From positions 1-64,000 of IMG/VR virus record IMGVR_UViG_3300043411_001170: a DNA stretch of 64,000 nt. The stretch is one strand, 5' to 3'. This DNA is from a virus. Under the pieces are notes generated by a model, which had not been told where the DNA came from, did no database searches, and was given only the letters and a program-made list of their open reading frames with translations. Within the stretch, counting starts at the first letter, position 1, and each line of letters starts with the position of its first letter. Positions 40,088-49,464 of this stretch are shown piece after piece. A program made the position numbers and the translations under genes.

Positions 40088-43000
40088 ATGAGCAGCCACA
40101 ATAGTCTATGGGATCTATTCTTATCAGAAGTTGAAAAACAGGAGGCTCCTTACAAGGAGCCATTGACAAAAGAAGCATCTTCTCACTCGTCTAAAGAAAT
40201 ACTACGAGAAGCTTTTACAGAGTATACAGGAACAATTAAAACAGCAGCTACAAAGAAAAAGCCTGTTCTAAAGGAGGTTGTCCAAAGGCAACCTTTTCTT
40301 GAGTCTAGTGAAAGTATAACATCTCTTCTTATGGAAGACTATCAGTATATCGTAAATGATGCTGACGGGGTTATACCTGATTTAATTAGAATTATTCGTT
40401 CCTCAAATAAAGGAACAAGCGAAGAAAAAGAAAAAGCCGTAAAAATTCTTAATGAGTTCAAGAGTGTATTAGAGAGTACAAACTCAAAGATTTTAAGATA
40501 TATAAACGAATTAAAATCGAATAAGAATATATTTTATGCAGAAGAACAAGCATATAGAAATAAAACTATAGAGCTATTTACTAGAATGATTCAATCGGAA
40601 GTGTTGTTAAACTTATTTAGAGATAATATTCAAGACAAGAGAAATAGTACTGACATTAAAGAAGAAGAAGCAGGTGATGAAAAATTAAATAGAGGAACAC
40701 CTATCATATCAAAAGCAGATGGGGAATCTTATGAAGTTGACGAAGATGGACATGTTATATCTACAACAACTTCTAAATTACTAAGCTCAAGACGTACTCA
40801 TACAGTACAAGACATGACAAGAAAGAATACTATTACGAGAGACTTAAATATCTCTTATGTCAATAAATATATTGACAATCTAGTTAAGGATATTTACGAA
40901 AATTCTAATGTCTATCCTATTCCTTTAAAACCTTCAAGAGGAACTAGAGATGAGCAAGTTGCGGATAGAGAGCGTGCTTTAGGATATTTACGTCCAGTAT
41001 TTGAAGTTATTTTGGATACTATTAGAACACAAGTAGTAAATTTAACGGCTGACGCAAATAATCTACTTCAAAAACACCTAGAAGAATTAAAAAGGTTTAA
41101 ATCTGAAGTAAAAAAAGATAAAAATGCAAAAAGGCCCATGTTAGATTTAGAAAATACATTCTTTACTTGGAAAAAAATAGATAAAACCAGAAGTATCACA
41201 TTAGACACCCACAATAAGAACTTGCATTTATACTTACGTCCTATAGTCGTAAATGCAGTGCGTAATATATCAAGCAGTGTAGAAGGATCTACGCATGAAA
41301 AATTAATAGATGATAAATCAAATGATTTTATTCAAAGCGTGCTATACGATGAATCTTCCAATATTAATATTGGTAATATTATCATCAATAAAATTGCTTT
41401 GATTGATATGTCATATAATGAGTCAACAAAGAAAAAACAAGAAACCATCAATGAAGATATGCTGGATTCTTTATATGGGGCAATTTTCAATACGACGGCA
41501 AAAAGTACTGAAGAAAAAACTAAAAAGATTCGTGGCTATGTAAAAGAATATGCAATGGGTGTTATAAATAATTTGGAATCTGGAATAAAAAAGAGCATGA
41601 GCGATAATTATTTCACAGATCTTATCTCTCTGACTTTATCTGAATTTATGCCACTCCATGTAAAAGCAGAGAAAAATAACGTAGAAAATGAACTATTGCT
41701 TGGATTTAATAAATATATACAATCCAGTATCAGATCAAGAAAAGCACCATTTTCAATCAATACTACAGGTATTGGTGACGATTACAGAGCACAATATGGT
41801 GATTTAACAACAAAAGAAGAAAGAAATAAGTCCATAGCCGTGAGTACAGCCATAAGAGAGCTTGTAGGTAAATCACCTGTTAAGGGTGTAGACACCACAA
41901 CTAATAAATTACCAGTATCTGATCTGGATCTTATAAAAGATAAAGAAATAGATGAGCTAGCTAAAACCTATCCTGGCGTTCCTACGGCTATATCAAGAGT
42001 CGTAAATGATTTAATTGGATTAGGATCTAAAGGATCATCCGTTTTAGATGAGTCAACTAAATATATTTTACAAGGAAACGAAGGAAAAGTAGCAAAGAAG
42101 ATAGCAGATATTTTAAATCTAAAAGAAGAACAAGAGATCATAAAAAATAATCCTGATCTTTTAAATTATCCTGAGCCTGAAAGAAAAGAAAAGATCAAAA
42201 AAATCAAAGAAGAGGGATTAGGTGTAAAAGCAAAATTGAAAAAACAGAGAGATAATTTACGACTCTGGTTTATCAATATGGGAATTTCCCCAGATATTAA
42301 AAATCCTTACGATTTTAATTCTAGTATAAATGATGTTAAAATCAAGTTAAAATCTAAGGTCGATCCTCTTATAGAAGTAAGAACAAATCTGATTAATGAA
42401 CTTGAAGGTGTCGGAAAAATAAAAGATCAAGGGTTAAATAAGAAATATGACGAACTATATAATAGGTTCACGAAAGATACAAAGAATGTGATAGAGTTAT
42501 CAACTCTCAAGACCACTTCTCTGGATAAATTAAAAATAACCCCAGAGGTACTTAGAACATTCAAAAGTGTGTTTGATAGCCTATCCAATTATGCAAGTTA
42601 CTATGTAAAGGACACAGAAGAAGCTACCTCTGGGCAAGGTCTTCCAAAAGACGTTATGGATTATACGTCTAGATTAAAGATCAATAACAATACAGACGCT
42701 CTTACATCTAGAATGGGAATACCAAAAGAGTTAGTTAATTTCTTTTTTGAAGAAGTTAATAAACTCATGGAATCTGACAATAAAGCCGATAAGGAAAAGT
42801 TATCAACCATTCTGGGTGAAGTAATAGATGTTTTACTATCCATCAGGGGAAATATCTCAGTCTGTATTAAAGTTTTTACAAATTACGAAAAGAATATAAC
42901 AGATCATAATCCGAGAGGGATTAGTAATATAAATGCAAATTTAATTAATTATGAAGCGGCCTATAAACTACTAATTTCTACAGAAAAAGAATATAAAGAT

Positions 43001-44995
43001 ACGATGGAAACATTGGATACGATAGAGTCAACAAGTAAGGCAAATAAAAATGAAGAAATGAAAAATAGAGAATTAAAGGAAAAAGAAAAAGTAGAATCTA
43101 TTATTTCATTATTAAATGAAGAAGCTGAAAATATAATGAAAAACATTGAGCCAGATGCCATTTTATCAGAAATTGTAGATGAAAAGGCAAATGAGAGTGT
43201 CTATGTCAACAGTAAAGGTATAGATGCTTTGGTAAGAGTAAACCAAATTCCAAGAAAAGTATTCATGTCAGTAGTAGTAGGAAAAGACGATGTATTAGCT
43301 ATCTATGAGCCTAATACAAATAAATTCCTACCTCCTGAGTTCAATACTGATGAATTTAATATTAAAGAAATTAGGGATCAAGATCCTTTAGATTTAGAAG
43401 CTGAATTAAACGAATACTTGTCATCTAAAGATGGATCTAAAATCATTATTGATTACTATAGACAATGTGTAGAAGAAAAATTTGTAGAGTCAGCTAATAG
43501 ATGGGCATTTAAAATATATGTCCAGATTCTAGCTGAAAATGCAAATGAACTATACCCCCATAAAAATAAGTATGATCTTAAGAAAGAGTTGCTAGGAAAT
43601 CTCAAACAATTTTTAGGAAGTTCACAGAACAGGGGTTATGGAGTTCTAGCTTTTAATAAATTCCTTGAAGATAATCAAGGCGTTTCTTTGGCTATATCTC
43701 CAAAAGTCATCTCATTTGTAGAATATATCAATCAGAGCGTATTTAATGGTTCTGATCTTTTAGTTATTGACGATATTACAAAATTGATTGTATATAATCC
43801 GAATGCAAAGTTAACATTAGCAGCTAAACTTCCAGATAGTATATCTATAGCAAAGAGTTTAGCAAATAAAGTAGTAAGTAAGATAGAAACATACCAGAAC
43901 AACAAAAAGGTATTATCTACTCTTATTTCAGAAAAAGAAAGATATATTGAAAAAATCCCATTAGGGGATATAGCGGCTGTATTAAAAGGTATGGCTCAAA
44001 GTAAGGATCAGGCAAATCAAATTCAGTTACAGTTTGAAAAAGACTGGATTGAATACGTACAACTTCTAGTAAAGAACAGGCAGATAGAGGTAGAGGCTGA
44101 CCTACTTGAAAATTTAGGTGTTAGTTCCAAAAATAAATTGTTTGCAAAACAGGATAGAGACAATTTCGATATAGTGGCAAACAAGGCAACAGACTATTTA
44201 AATGAAATTTCAGATAAAGTAGATGAACTACTTGCAGAGATGGACGAAGAAGTAATGGATGAAGAGGGTGATTCTGTACCTCTTAGCCAATTCAGCCCTG
44301 ATTATGCTAAAGGGCTAAGTACTACAAGTATTCTACAGAAACTTAAAAACACTGCAAATCATCTGCAAAAAGATATTAATAAGCAAATTTCTTTAATAGA
44401 GAAGGCAGAACAGAAAGATGAATCAGAGGATGTCGGAATAGATATAAATATATTCTCAGAATTAGATGGTCCTTCTGAATCGACTACAGATGAAGATACA
44501 GAAGCTGGTGAATTATTCGTTCAGGATATAATTGGTTTTGTAAAGGTAGGTGTAGATAAATATGTAGAATTGAAAAGTTTCTTTGACGTAGGTGCTTCTC
44601 AAGAAGCAATCTTAAAAGCAAATGATATGTGGGAAAAGAGACTAGAAAGAGTAAAGATTGTAGAAGAAGCTCAAGCAGCTAGTAAAGGCGGAACAAAAGG
44701 TGTCAAACAAGAGGGAGGAGAAGAAGAGGATGTTGACACTTCAGGTCTATCAGAGGACGATAAGATGCTTTTGGAAATGGGACTTTTACAGGTAGAAACC
44801 CCTGCTACACCAGCAGCAAAACCCAAGATACAAGATACTAGAGTCGATACTAAGATTAAGAAACCAAGAGCAAATAAAAAGAAACCTGATAACACATCAA
44901 AAGCTATGACCTCGGCTCAAGTTAGAACTCTTTCACCAGAAGAAAGAGAAATCGGTATGAGTATTACTATAGTTAAGCCGACAAAAAAGAAGTAA
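40088..44995 (+). CDS. large helical protein (1635 aa), putative internal virion protein
   Basis: GAGG RBS; KEAS, REAF, KTAA in the first 55 aa; acidic then basic C-terminal tail. Confidence 0.75.
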   Translation: MSSHNSLWDLFLSEVEKQEAPYKEPLTKEASSHSSKEILREAFTEYTGTIKTAATKKKPVLKEVVQRQPFLESSESITSLLMEDYQYIVNDADGVIPDLIRIIRSSNKGTSEEKEKAVKILNEFKSVLESTNSKILRYINELKSNKNIFYAEEQAYRNKTIELFTRMIQSEVLLNLFRDNIQDKRNSTDIKEEEAGDEKLNRGTPIISKADGESYEVDEDGHVISTTTSKLLSSRRTHTVQDMTRKNTITRDLNISYVNKYIDNLVKDIYENSNVYPIPLKPSRGTRDEQVADRERALGYLRPVFEVILDTIRTQVVNLTADANNLLQKHLEELKRFKSEVKKDKNAKRPMLDLENTFFTWKKIDKTRSITLDTHNKNLHLYLRPIVVNAVRNISSSVEGSTHEKLIDDKSNDFIQSVLYDESSNINIGNIIINKIALIDMSYNESTKKKQETINEDMLDSLYGAIFNTTAKSTEEKTKKIRGYVKEYAMGVINNLESGIKKSMSDNYFTDLISLTLSEFMPLHVKAEKNNVENELLLGFNKYIQSSIRSRKAPFSINTTGIGDDYRAQYGDLTTKEERNKSIAVSTAIRELVGKSPVKGVDTTTNKLPVSDLDLIKDKEIDELAKTYPGVPTAISRVVNDLIGLGSKGSSVLDESTKYILQGNEGKVAKKIADILNLKEEQEIIKNNPDLLNYPEPERKEKIKKIKEEGLGVKAKLKKQRDNLRLWFINMGISPDIKNPYDFNSSINDVKIKLKSKVDPLIEVRTNLINELEGVGKIKDQGLNKKYDELYNRFTKDTKNVIELSTLKTTSLDKLKITPEVLRTFKSVFDSLSNYASYYVKDTEEATSGQGLPKDVMDYTSRLKINNNTDALTSRMGIPKELVNFFFEEVNKLMESDNKADKEKLSTILGEVIDVLLSIRGNISVCIKVFTNYEKNITDHNPRGISNINANLINYEAAYKLLISTEKEYKDTMETLDTIESTSKANKNEEMKNRELKEKEKVESIISLLNEEAENIMKNIEPDAILSEIVDEKANESVYVNSKGIDALVRVNQIPRKVFMSVVVGKDDVLAIYEPNTNKFLPPEFNTDEFNIKEIRDQDPLDLEAELNEYLSSKDGSKIIIDYYRQCVEEKFVESANRWAFKIYVQILAENANELYPHKNKYDLKKELLGNLKQFLGSSQNRGYGVLAFNKFLEDNQGVSLAISPKVISFVEYINQSVFNGSDLLVIDDITKLIVYNPNAKLTLAAKLPDSISIAKSLANKVVSKIETYQNNKKVLSTLISEKERYIEKIPLGDIAAVLKGMAQSKDQANQIQLQFEKDWIEYVQLLVKNRQIEVEADLLENLGVSSKNKLFAKQDRDNFDIVANKATDYLNEISDKVDELLAEMDEEVMDEEGDSVPLSQFSPDYAKGLSTTSILQKLKNTANHLQKDINKQISLIEKAEQKDESEDVGIDINIFSELDGPSESTTDEDTEAGELFVQDIIGFVKVGVDKYVELKSFFDVGASQEAILKANDMWEKRLERVKIVEEAQAASKGGTKGVKQEGGEEEDVDTSGLSEDDKMLLEMGLLQVETPATPAAKPKIQDTRVDTKIKKPRANKKKPDNTSKAMTSAQVRTLSPEEREIGMSITIVKPTKKK

Positions 44996-45005
44996 GAACC
45001 AAATT

Positions 45006-45032
45006 AAAAAGCCCTCTTGATGAGGGCTTTTT
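45006..45032. terminator. bidirectional intrinsic terminator
   Basis: AAAAAGCCCTC/GAGGGCTTTTT between convergent genes. Confidence 0.9.
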
Positions 45033-45038
45033 AATTTA

Positions 45039-45746
45039 TTAGTCGTCAAATTCTTCGTTTCCGTCACTTTCCTCATCATCCTCTTCATCAAGGATATTTA
45101 CAAAAGATTTTAATACAGATCGGAAAGAATTATTACCTAGCAAAGGGTTCTTTTTAAGATCTACTTTTTTAGGCTCCTCAATAACAGGTTTTGAAGATTC
45201 TAATTTTTTAGTTTCTTTAATTAAATTAGTTTTGGATAAATCTGAAGAATAAGATTCGGAAGCATCTGACTGATGATATTCAACTCCTGGTGTCTCATTA
45301 ATTTTCTCAATGACAGGTTTTTTACACCCTTTTTGAATTTTAATATTAGTTGTTTTTGCGGGTTTTCTTTGTTGAAAAGGTCTTTTCTTACGGTATTTCC
45401 AACGTTCAGCTATAGCTCTAGCTCTTGGTGGTTCCATCATATAATCAAAAAGAGCGTTGTCTTTTGTGACAACTAGGCTCTTTCTATATTTAAATTTTAG
45501 AGTGAGTTTTTCTTTGGATTCAGCAAAACCAGTTTCACTAAGGGGTGCTGTCTTCATAGCTGATGGACTATGTCTCCAGTAAAATTTTCCAAAAGGAAAT
45601 AATAAAGACTCCCCTTTTCTAATCTGGTAAAATAAAATTGTCATTCCCTTCAAAACATCTCTTACATAGTCTTTAGGAACACCTGTTAATTCATTTAATT
45701 TGTCTATGACACCAGTAAATAGAACACTGTATTTATCAATAGGCAT
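45039..45746 (-). CDS. divergent HU/IHF-like protein with long charged C-terminal tail
   Basis: VIDKLNELTGVPKDYVRDVL..KGESLLFPFGKF..LKFK follows the HU fold pattern. Confidence 0.6.
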   Translation of the reverse strand: MPIDKYSVLFTGVIDKLNELTGVPKDYVRDVLKGMTILFYQIRKGESLLFPFGKFYWRHSPSAMKTAPLSETGFAESKEKLTLKFKYRKSLVVTKDNALFDYMMEPPRARAIAERWKYRKKRPFQQRKPAKTTNIKIQKGCKKPVIEKINETPGVEYHQSDASESYSSDLSKTNLIKETKKLESSKPVIEEPKKVDLKKNPLLGNNSFRSVLKSFVNILDEEDDEESDGNEEFDD

Positions 45747-45773
45747 AATTAATTCCTTTGATGAGGATAAAGT

Positions 45774-46286
45774 ATGTTATCAAAAATAGCTAAAGCGATT
45801 GTTCCAATTATCAGACAACAGACTCAATTTACATGTAGTGCCGTATCTATATCTGCCTGTTTGCAATTTTTTGACAAACCATATAACGAAGATGATGTAA
45901 ATAGAGTTTTAAAGTGCGTACCTAAAAAGGGAGCTTCTTGGGAAGAGATTCTTCTATGCTTACAGTATTTCGGCATGAAGGGTGAATTAATAGTACCATG
46001 TAATTTTAAGATATTAAAAGAATGGACGGATAATGGAAATCCTGCTATTATAGGATGGAATCCACAAGGAAGACCTTGGTCACATGCTTCTGTAGTCTGT
46101 GACGTATCTAAGAGTAAAGGAATATTAATCATGGACCCAAACTCTGTTAATACAGATAAGACATTAAAATGGTGGTCATTCGATGATTTTTCAGACAGAT
46201 GGTACGAAAAGAGCGGTGATTTTGTAGTTAGAAGACCTGCATTAAAAGTATCTAAAGAAGTTGGAGTAAATGGTGAACTTCTGTAA
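45774..46286 (+). CDS. C39-like cysteine peptidase
   Basis: PIIRQQTQFTCSAVS (Q, C), HASVV (H), IMDPN (D). Confidence 0.85.
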   Translation: MLSKIAKAIVPIIRQQTQFTCSAVSISACLQFFDKPYNEDDVNRVLKCVPKKGASWEEILLCLQYFGMKGELIVPCNFKILKEWTDNGNPAIIGWNPQGRPWSHASVVCDVSKSKGILIMDPNSVNTDKTLKWWSFDDFSDRWYEKSGDFVVRRPALKVSKEVGVNGELL

Positions 46287-46293
46287 AAAATAA

Positions 46294-46318
46294 AAAAGAG
46301 AGGGCGTACCTCTCTTTT
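46294..46318. terminator. bidirectional intrinsic terminator
   Basis: AAAAGAGAGG/CCTCTCTTTT between convergent genes. Confidence 0.85.
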
Positions 46319-46351
46319 AAAAACTACTACACTTATTTAATAAGTCAGAAA

Positions 46352-47275
46352 TCAGTCTAAGAAATCTGATTTATCAAAATCTCCCAAAGTTTTAATTTTC
46401 TCTGACCAGTACCATGCAGATGGAATACTTTCTTTTATTTCAGCCGAAGAACTACCTAGTAGTTTCATTTTAATCAACGTATGAATAATACGTTTATCAC
46501 TTTCTTTCATATCTTCGGTCTGTTCCTCAAGAAGCTCTAAAAATTTTATGATAGCTTCCTTGTGTTCATAATCTTTTACAGGATTATGAAATGAACTACT
46601 TGATATGACATCATCAATACTAAAACATTCTAAAGTTCTATGTTTTCTATGATATTTAGAAACATAGGTGGCGTATTTCACACACCAGTATCCAAAAGCT
46701 TCTGGTGTAATACTCCCATATTTCAGAATGGCCGACTTTAATAAGTCTCTATCAAGACATTTAATGATAAAGTCGTTGATAAAATCATCAACGTCAGACG
46801 GTGACATTTCATTAAAATTCTTTAATCCTCTCTTAAATACTACACGTCTTACTTCATTAAGATAATCTTCCGTAATTTTTGAAAAGAAAACCTTTGTAAA
46901 AGTATCCCTATTTACACCTGATAAATAACCATAGAGATTAGAATCTTTTGGGAGACTCTCCAAAAGAGAGGGATTAGTTCCTAAAATATCTTGGGCTTTT
47001 ACTCCCATACCTATAATAATAGAAGAAGCAGATAATTTAGCGTTGTTTTCTTTTATAATATAACCTTCTTTTTTCATAAACTTGAGAAGATTACTTATAA
47101 ATTTTGATTTATTTTCGGGGGGAGTAAGTCTTTTCTCCACCAAAAGTAAATCAAATACAACTTCAGAGTTAGAGATAATTTTTGAAGGAGATGGATGTTT
47201 AAATCCGTACCAATTAAAGAAACTGAACGTGAATCCAATAGCTTCCATACCTGTTTCTACAATAAGTGGATTCAT
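46352..47275 (-). CDS. putative phage sigma-70-like factor
   Basis: region-2-like DVDDFINDFIIK..FGYWCVKY, SIDD, C-terminal HTH-like KLLGSSSAEIKESI. Confidence 0.5.
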   Translation of the reverse strand: MNPLIVETGMEAIGFTFSFFNWYGFKHPSPSKIISNSEVVFDLLLVEKRLTPPENKSKFISNLLKFMKKEGYIIKENNAKLSASSIIIGMGVKAQDILGTNPSLLESLPKDSNLYGYLSGVNRDTFTKVFFSKITEDYLNEVRRVVFKRGLKNFNEMSPSDVDDFINDFIIKCLDRDLLKSAILKYGSITPEAFGYWCVKYATYVSKYHRKHRTLECFSIDDVISSSSFHNPVKDYEHKEAIIKFLELLEEQTEDMKESDKRIIHTLIKMKLLGSSSAEIKESIPSAWYWSEKIKTLGDFDKSDFLD

Positions 47276-47969
47276 ATATCTCCCTCAATCCTGATTTAAG
47301 GTTCTTCTTACATACAAGAGAAGGAATCAATTCCTTCGCCCTATGTGACTAGAACTTTAATAGTTTTATTGAGGAAGTCAAGGGTTTACAAAATAAATCG
47401 TAAGACCTCAATAAACACATATACTTAAATATACACTTAAAAAGAATATGGATATAAAATCCATAAAAATATATGTATTATGACATTCCCTAATAGGAGG
47501 AAGGTAAGACTTATCAAGTCAGATCTTGATAAATACTATTTCTAATAGTTATCAAGAAAATTTGAAATGATAAGTCTTTTCAATAATTATTAATTTTTCA
47601 AAGAAAACTCACAAGAAAAAGGAGGGAAAAGGAATAAAGAATAGGGAGAGAGTATACTGACGATACTTATTCTTACTCTTCTTCTATAGTAACAAGAAAA
47701 ACTTTTGGAAGGAAAGATTCATAGACAAGATCAGAATGAACGAGATGATGTTATACATAGAGATCAACAACCACATGATGAGAAAGTTCAGAAACAAGAT
47801 TAGATTAATCTACTAGATGATTTTCTTTTTTTGGTGTTTTAAGAGATTGTATATTGTAAAGAAAGATATCTATATTCAATAATATATTATTCAAATTATC
47901 TATATAGTAAGAATATATCTTATATCCCTTTAATATATTCTTATAGACAGTTCGAATCCTCGTATAGAG

Positions 47970-48470
47970 GCCAATATCTTTCAAAGGCTATGGGGGTTAA
48001 ATTTACCAGATCTAACCTAAGTCTCCAATCAAGACCGCCAACACCTTCAGGCTCTAGTAATCTGCTGCCGTTTCAAGGCAGCCTGGATCGATTCACTAGA
48101 TACATTTACTTCTCAGCTTATGACCACTCCTCATCCAGAAATCTTTCCCTTATAAACTTAAACAATTTTATTTAACTTTATAGTGAGTCTGATTTCTTTA
48201 GAGTACGCACCAGTTCAAGTGGCTAGCCTTTAAAGGCGGGTACGCCACTCCCGCAAGATTTTCATCTCTACCTCCCATCATCTGCTTTGATTCTCACAGT
48301 TCATGTCTACTATTTTTCAAGTAATAGACACTCCTCCGTTATTGAGAGAACCAACATAATGGCTTTCTTTCAGAAATAATTTGTTTTACGATGATTACTT
48401 CTAAAATCTGCCATAGTGCCTTTAAGGGTCAGCACTACGATGATCCGCCAACGCAAGGTACACCCTAAAA
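47970..48470 (-). ncRNA. large multi-stem structured RNA of unassigned class
   Basis: about ten nested helices whose mismatches become G-U pairs on the minus strand, GAAA tetraloop, repeated internal motifs, GC island in an AT-rich gap; ends approximate. Confidence 0.7.
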
Positions 48471-48666
48471 TCAATTAATTTAATTAGTTATCTTATTTTA
48501 GTTTCTTGTCAGGAAACTTATTTTGATTAACTGTTAAAATTTAATCAATAATAGGTAAGGACTTTGTCGATATGTAGTTGTAAAAGAGCAGGCAAGCAAA
48601 ACAGATCGCTTGCTAGACAACACATCATACCAGAATTATTTAAGAGTTATCAACTTTGGTGAAAAA

Positions 48667-49182
48667 ATGTCAGAGAAAAACAAATTCTTTATAGATTTCG
48701 ATGGGAAGCCAGACGATTATCGCACAAGGTCAGATAGAAATAGGGGTACGGGTTTAGGAGAATCAGATCGTGTAGGTACAGTAGTAGATCCTGATATAAA
48801 GTATCAGTATTATTTTTTGAAGGGAACGGCAAATTATGTATTTGTAGAACAAATAGCATTTGCTTGTTATGGTATTTTGATAAATGCGTTACAGCCTTTA
48901 TTTCCTTTATCGAATGAAGCAGCACCATCACCTTTTGTGTTAATTACTCCAACAATTGCCCCATTACCCGGTAATATATCAAAGTTACGCTATCCCCTTA
49001 CAGTAAGATGGGATATGTGGCAATTTTCAGCGGTTCCAGTCATAGGGATGGAAGAAATAAATCCTAACAATCCTATAAATACGCAGGATATACAATACAA
49101 TTTTTTAAGATACTTTAGAAAACTGTATTATTACGTATATAACTCATTAATAGAGAATGGATTTCTTCCACCGTTAAATTAA
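48667..49182 (+). CDS. hypothetical protein
   Basis: likely start ATG 48667 (GGTG RBS). Confidence 0.65.
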   Translation: MSEKNKFFIDFDGKPDDYRTRSDRNRGTGLGESDRVGTVVDPDIKYQYYFLKGTANYVFVEQIAFACYGILINALQPLFPLSNEAAPSPFVLITPTIAPLPGNISKLRYPLTVRWDMWQFSAVPVIGMEEINPNNPINTQDIQYNFLRYFRKLYYYVYNSLIENGFLPPLN

Positions 49183-49193
49183 AGGAATAAAAG

Positions 49194-49397
49194 ATGGCCG
49201 ATAACAGTCCAATTAAAGTAGGTTCTTACGTCACTATTAGATGTCAAGTCAGAAGGAACGATGGAAATGAACCCTGTAAAGGAAGTACAGCTATCTTGAT
49301 TGCTAAAGTGCAACCCTCTGATATAGCTTTACAGGCAACCATTACTGCATCGTTCCAATGTTGTACTTGTAAAGGCGTTTTTACAATATCTCATTAA
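49194..49397 (+). CDS. small putative Zn-ribbon protein
   Basis: 67 aa with C..C and CCTC motifs, AAGGA RBS. Confidence 0.65.
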   Translation: MADNSPIKVGSYVTIRCQVRRNDGNEPCKGSTAILIAKVQPSDIALQATITASFQCCTCKGVFTISH

Positions 49398-49418
49398 TTT
49401 TAACTATTCCCCAACAGT

Positions 49419-49451
49419 AGTTCTAGGTGAACAGCCTCACCTAGAACTTTT
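49419..49451 (+). terminator. intrinsic terminator
   Basis: AGTTCTAGGTGA/TCACCTAGAACT stem followed by TTT. Confidence 0.75.
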
Positions 49452-49464
49452 AATAGGGGATAAA

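Noticed and set aside
32120-44895. Many 60-230 aa antisense ORFs inside long genes, here and elsewhere in the ORF track
   Set aside because: S/F/L/I-rich shadows of K/E-rich sense genes, without RBS
47950-47973. tRNA-like 3' end GTTCGAATCCTCGTATAGAGGCCA with correct T-loop-to-CCA spacing
   Set aside because: The 5' T-stem strand does not pair and there is no D/anticodon arm or acceptor 5' strand upstream; at most a remnant or att-like core, possibly chance
47990-48175. 61-aa ORF in the non-coding gap
   Set aside because: No clear RBS or protein-like features; it lies antisense to the structured RNA
47970-48470. Assignment of the RNA to RNase P, tmRNA or a group I/II intron
   Set aside because: Hallmark motifs not seen (GAGGAAAGUCC, tRNA-like ends, P7 or domain V) and no interrupted host gene flanks it
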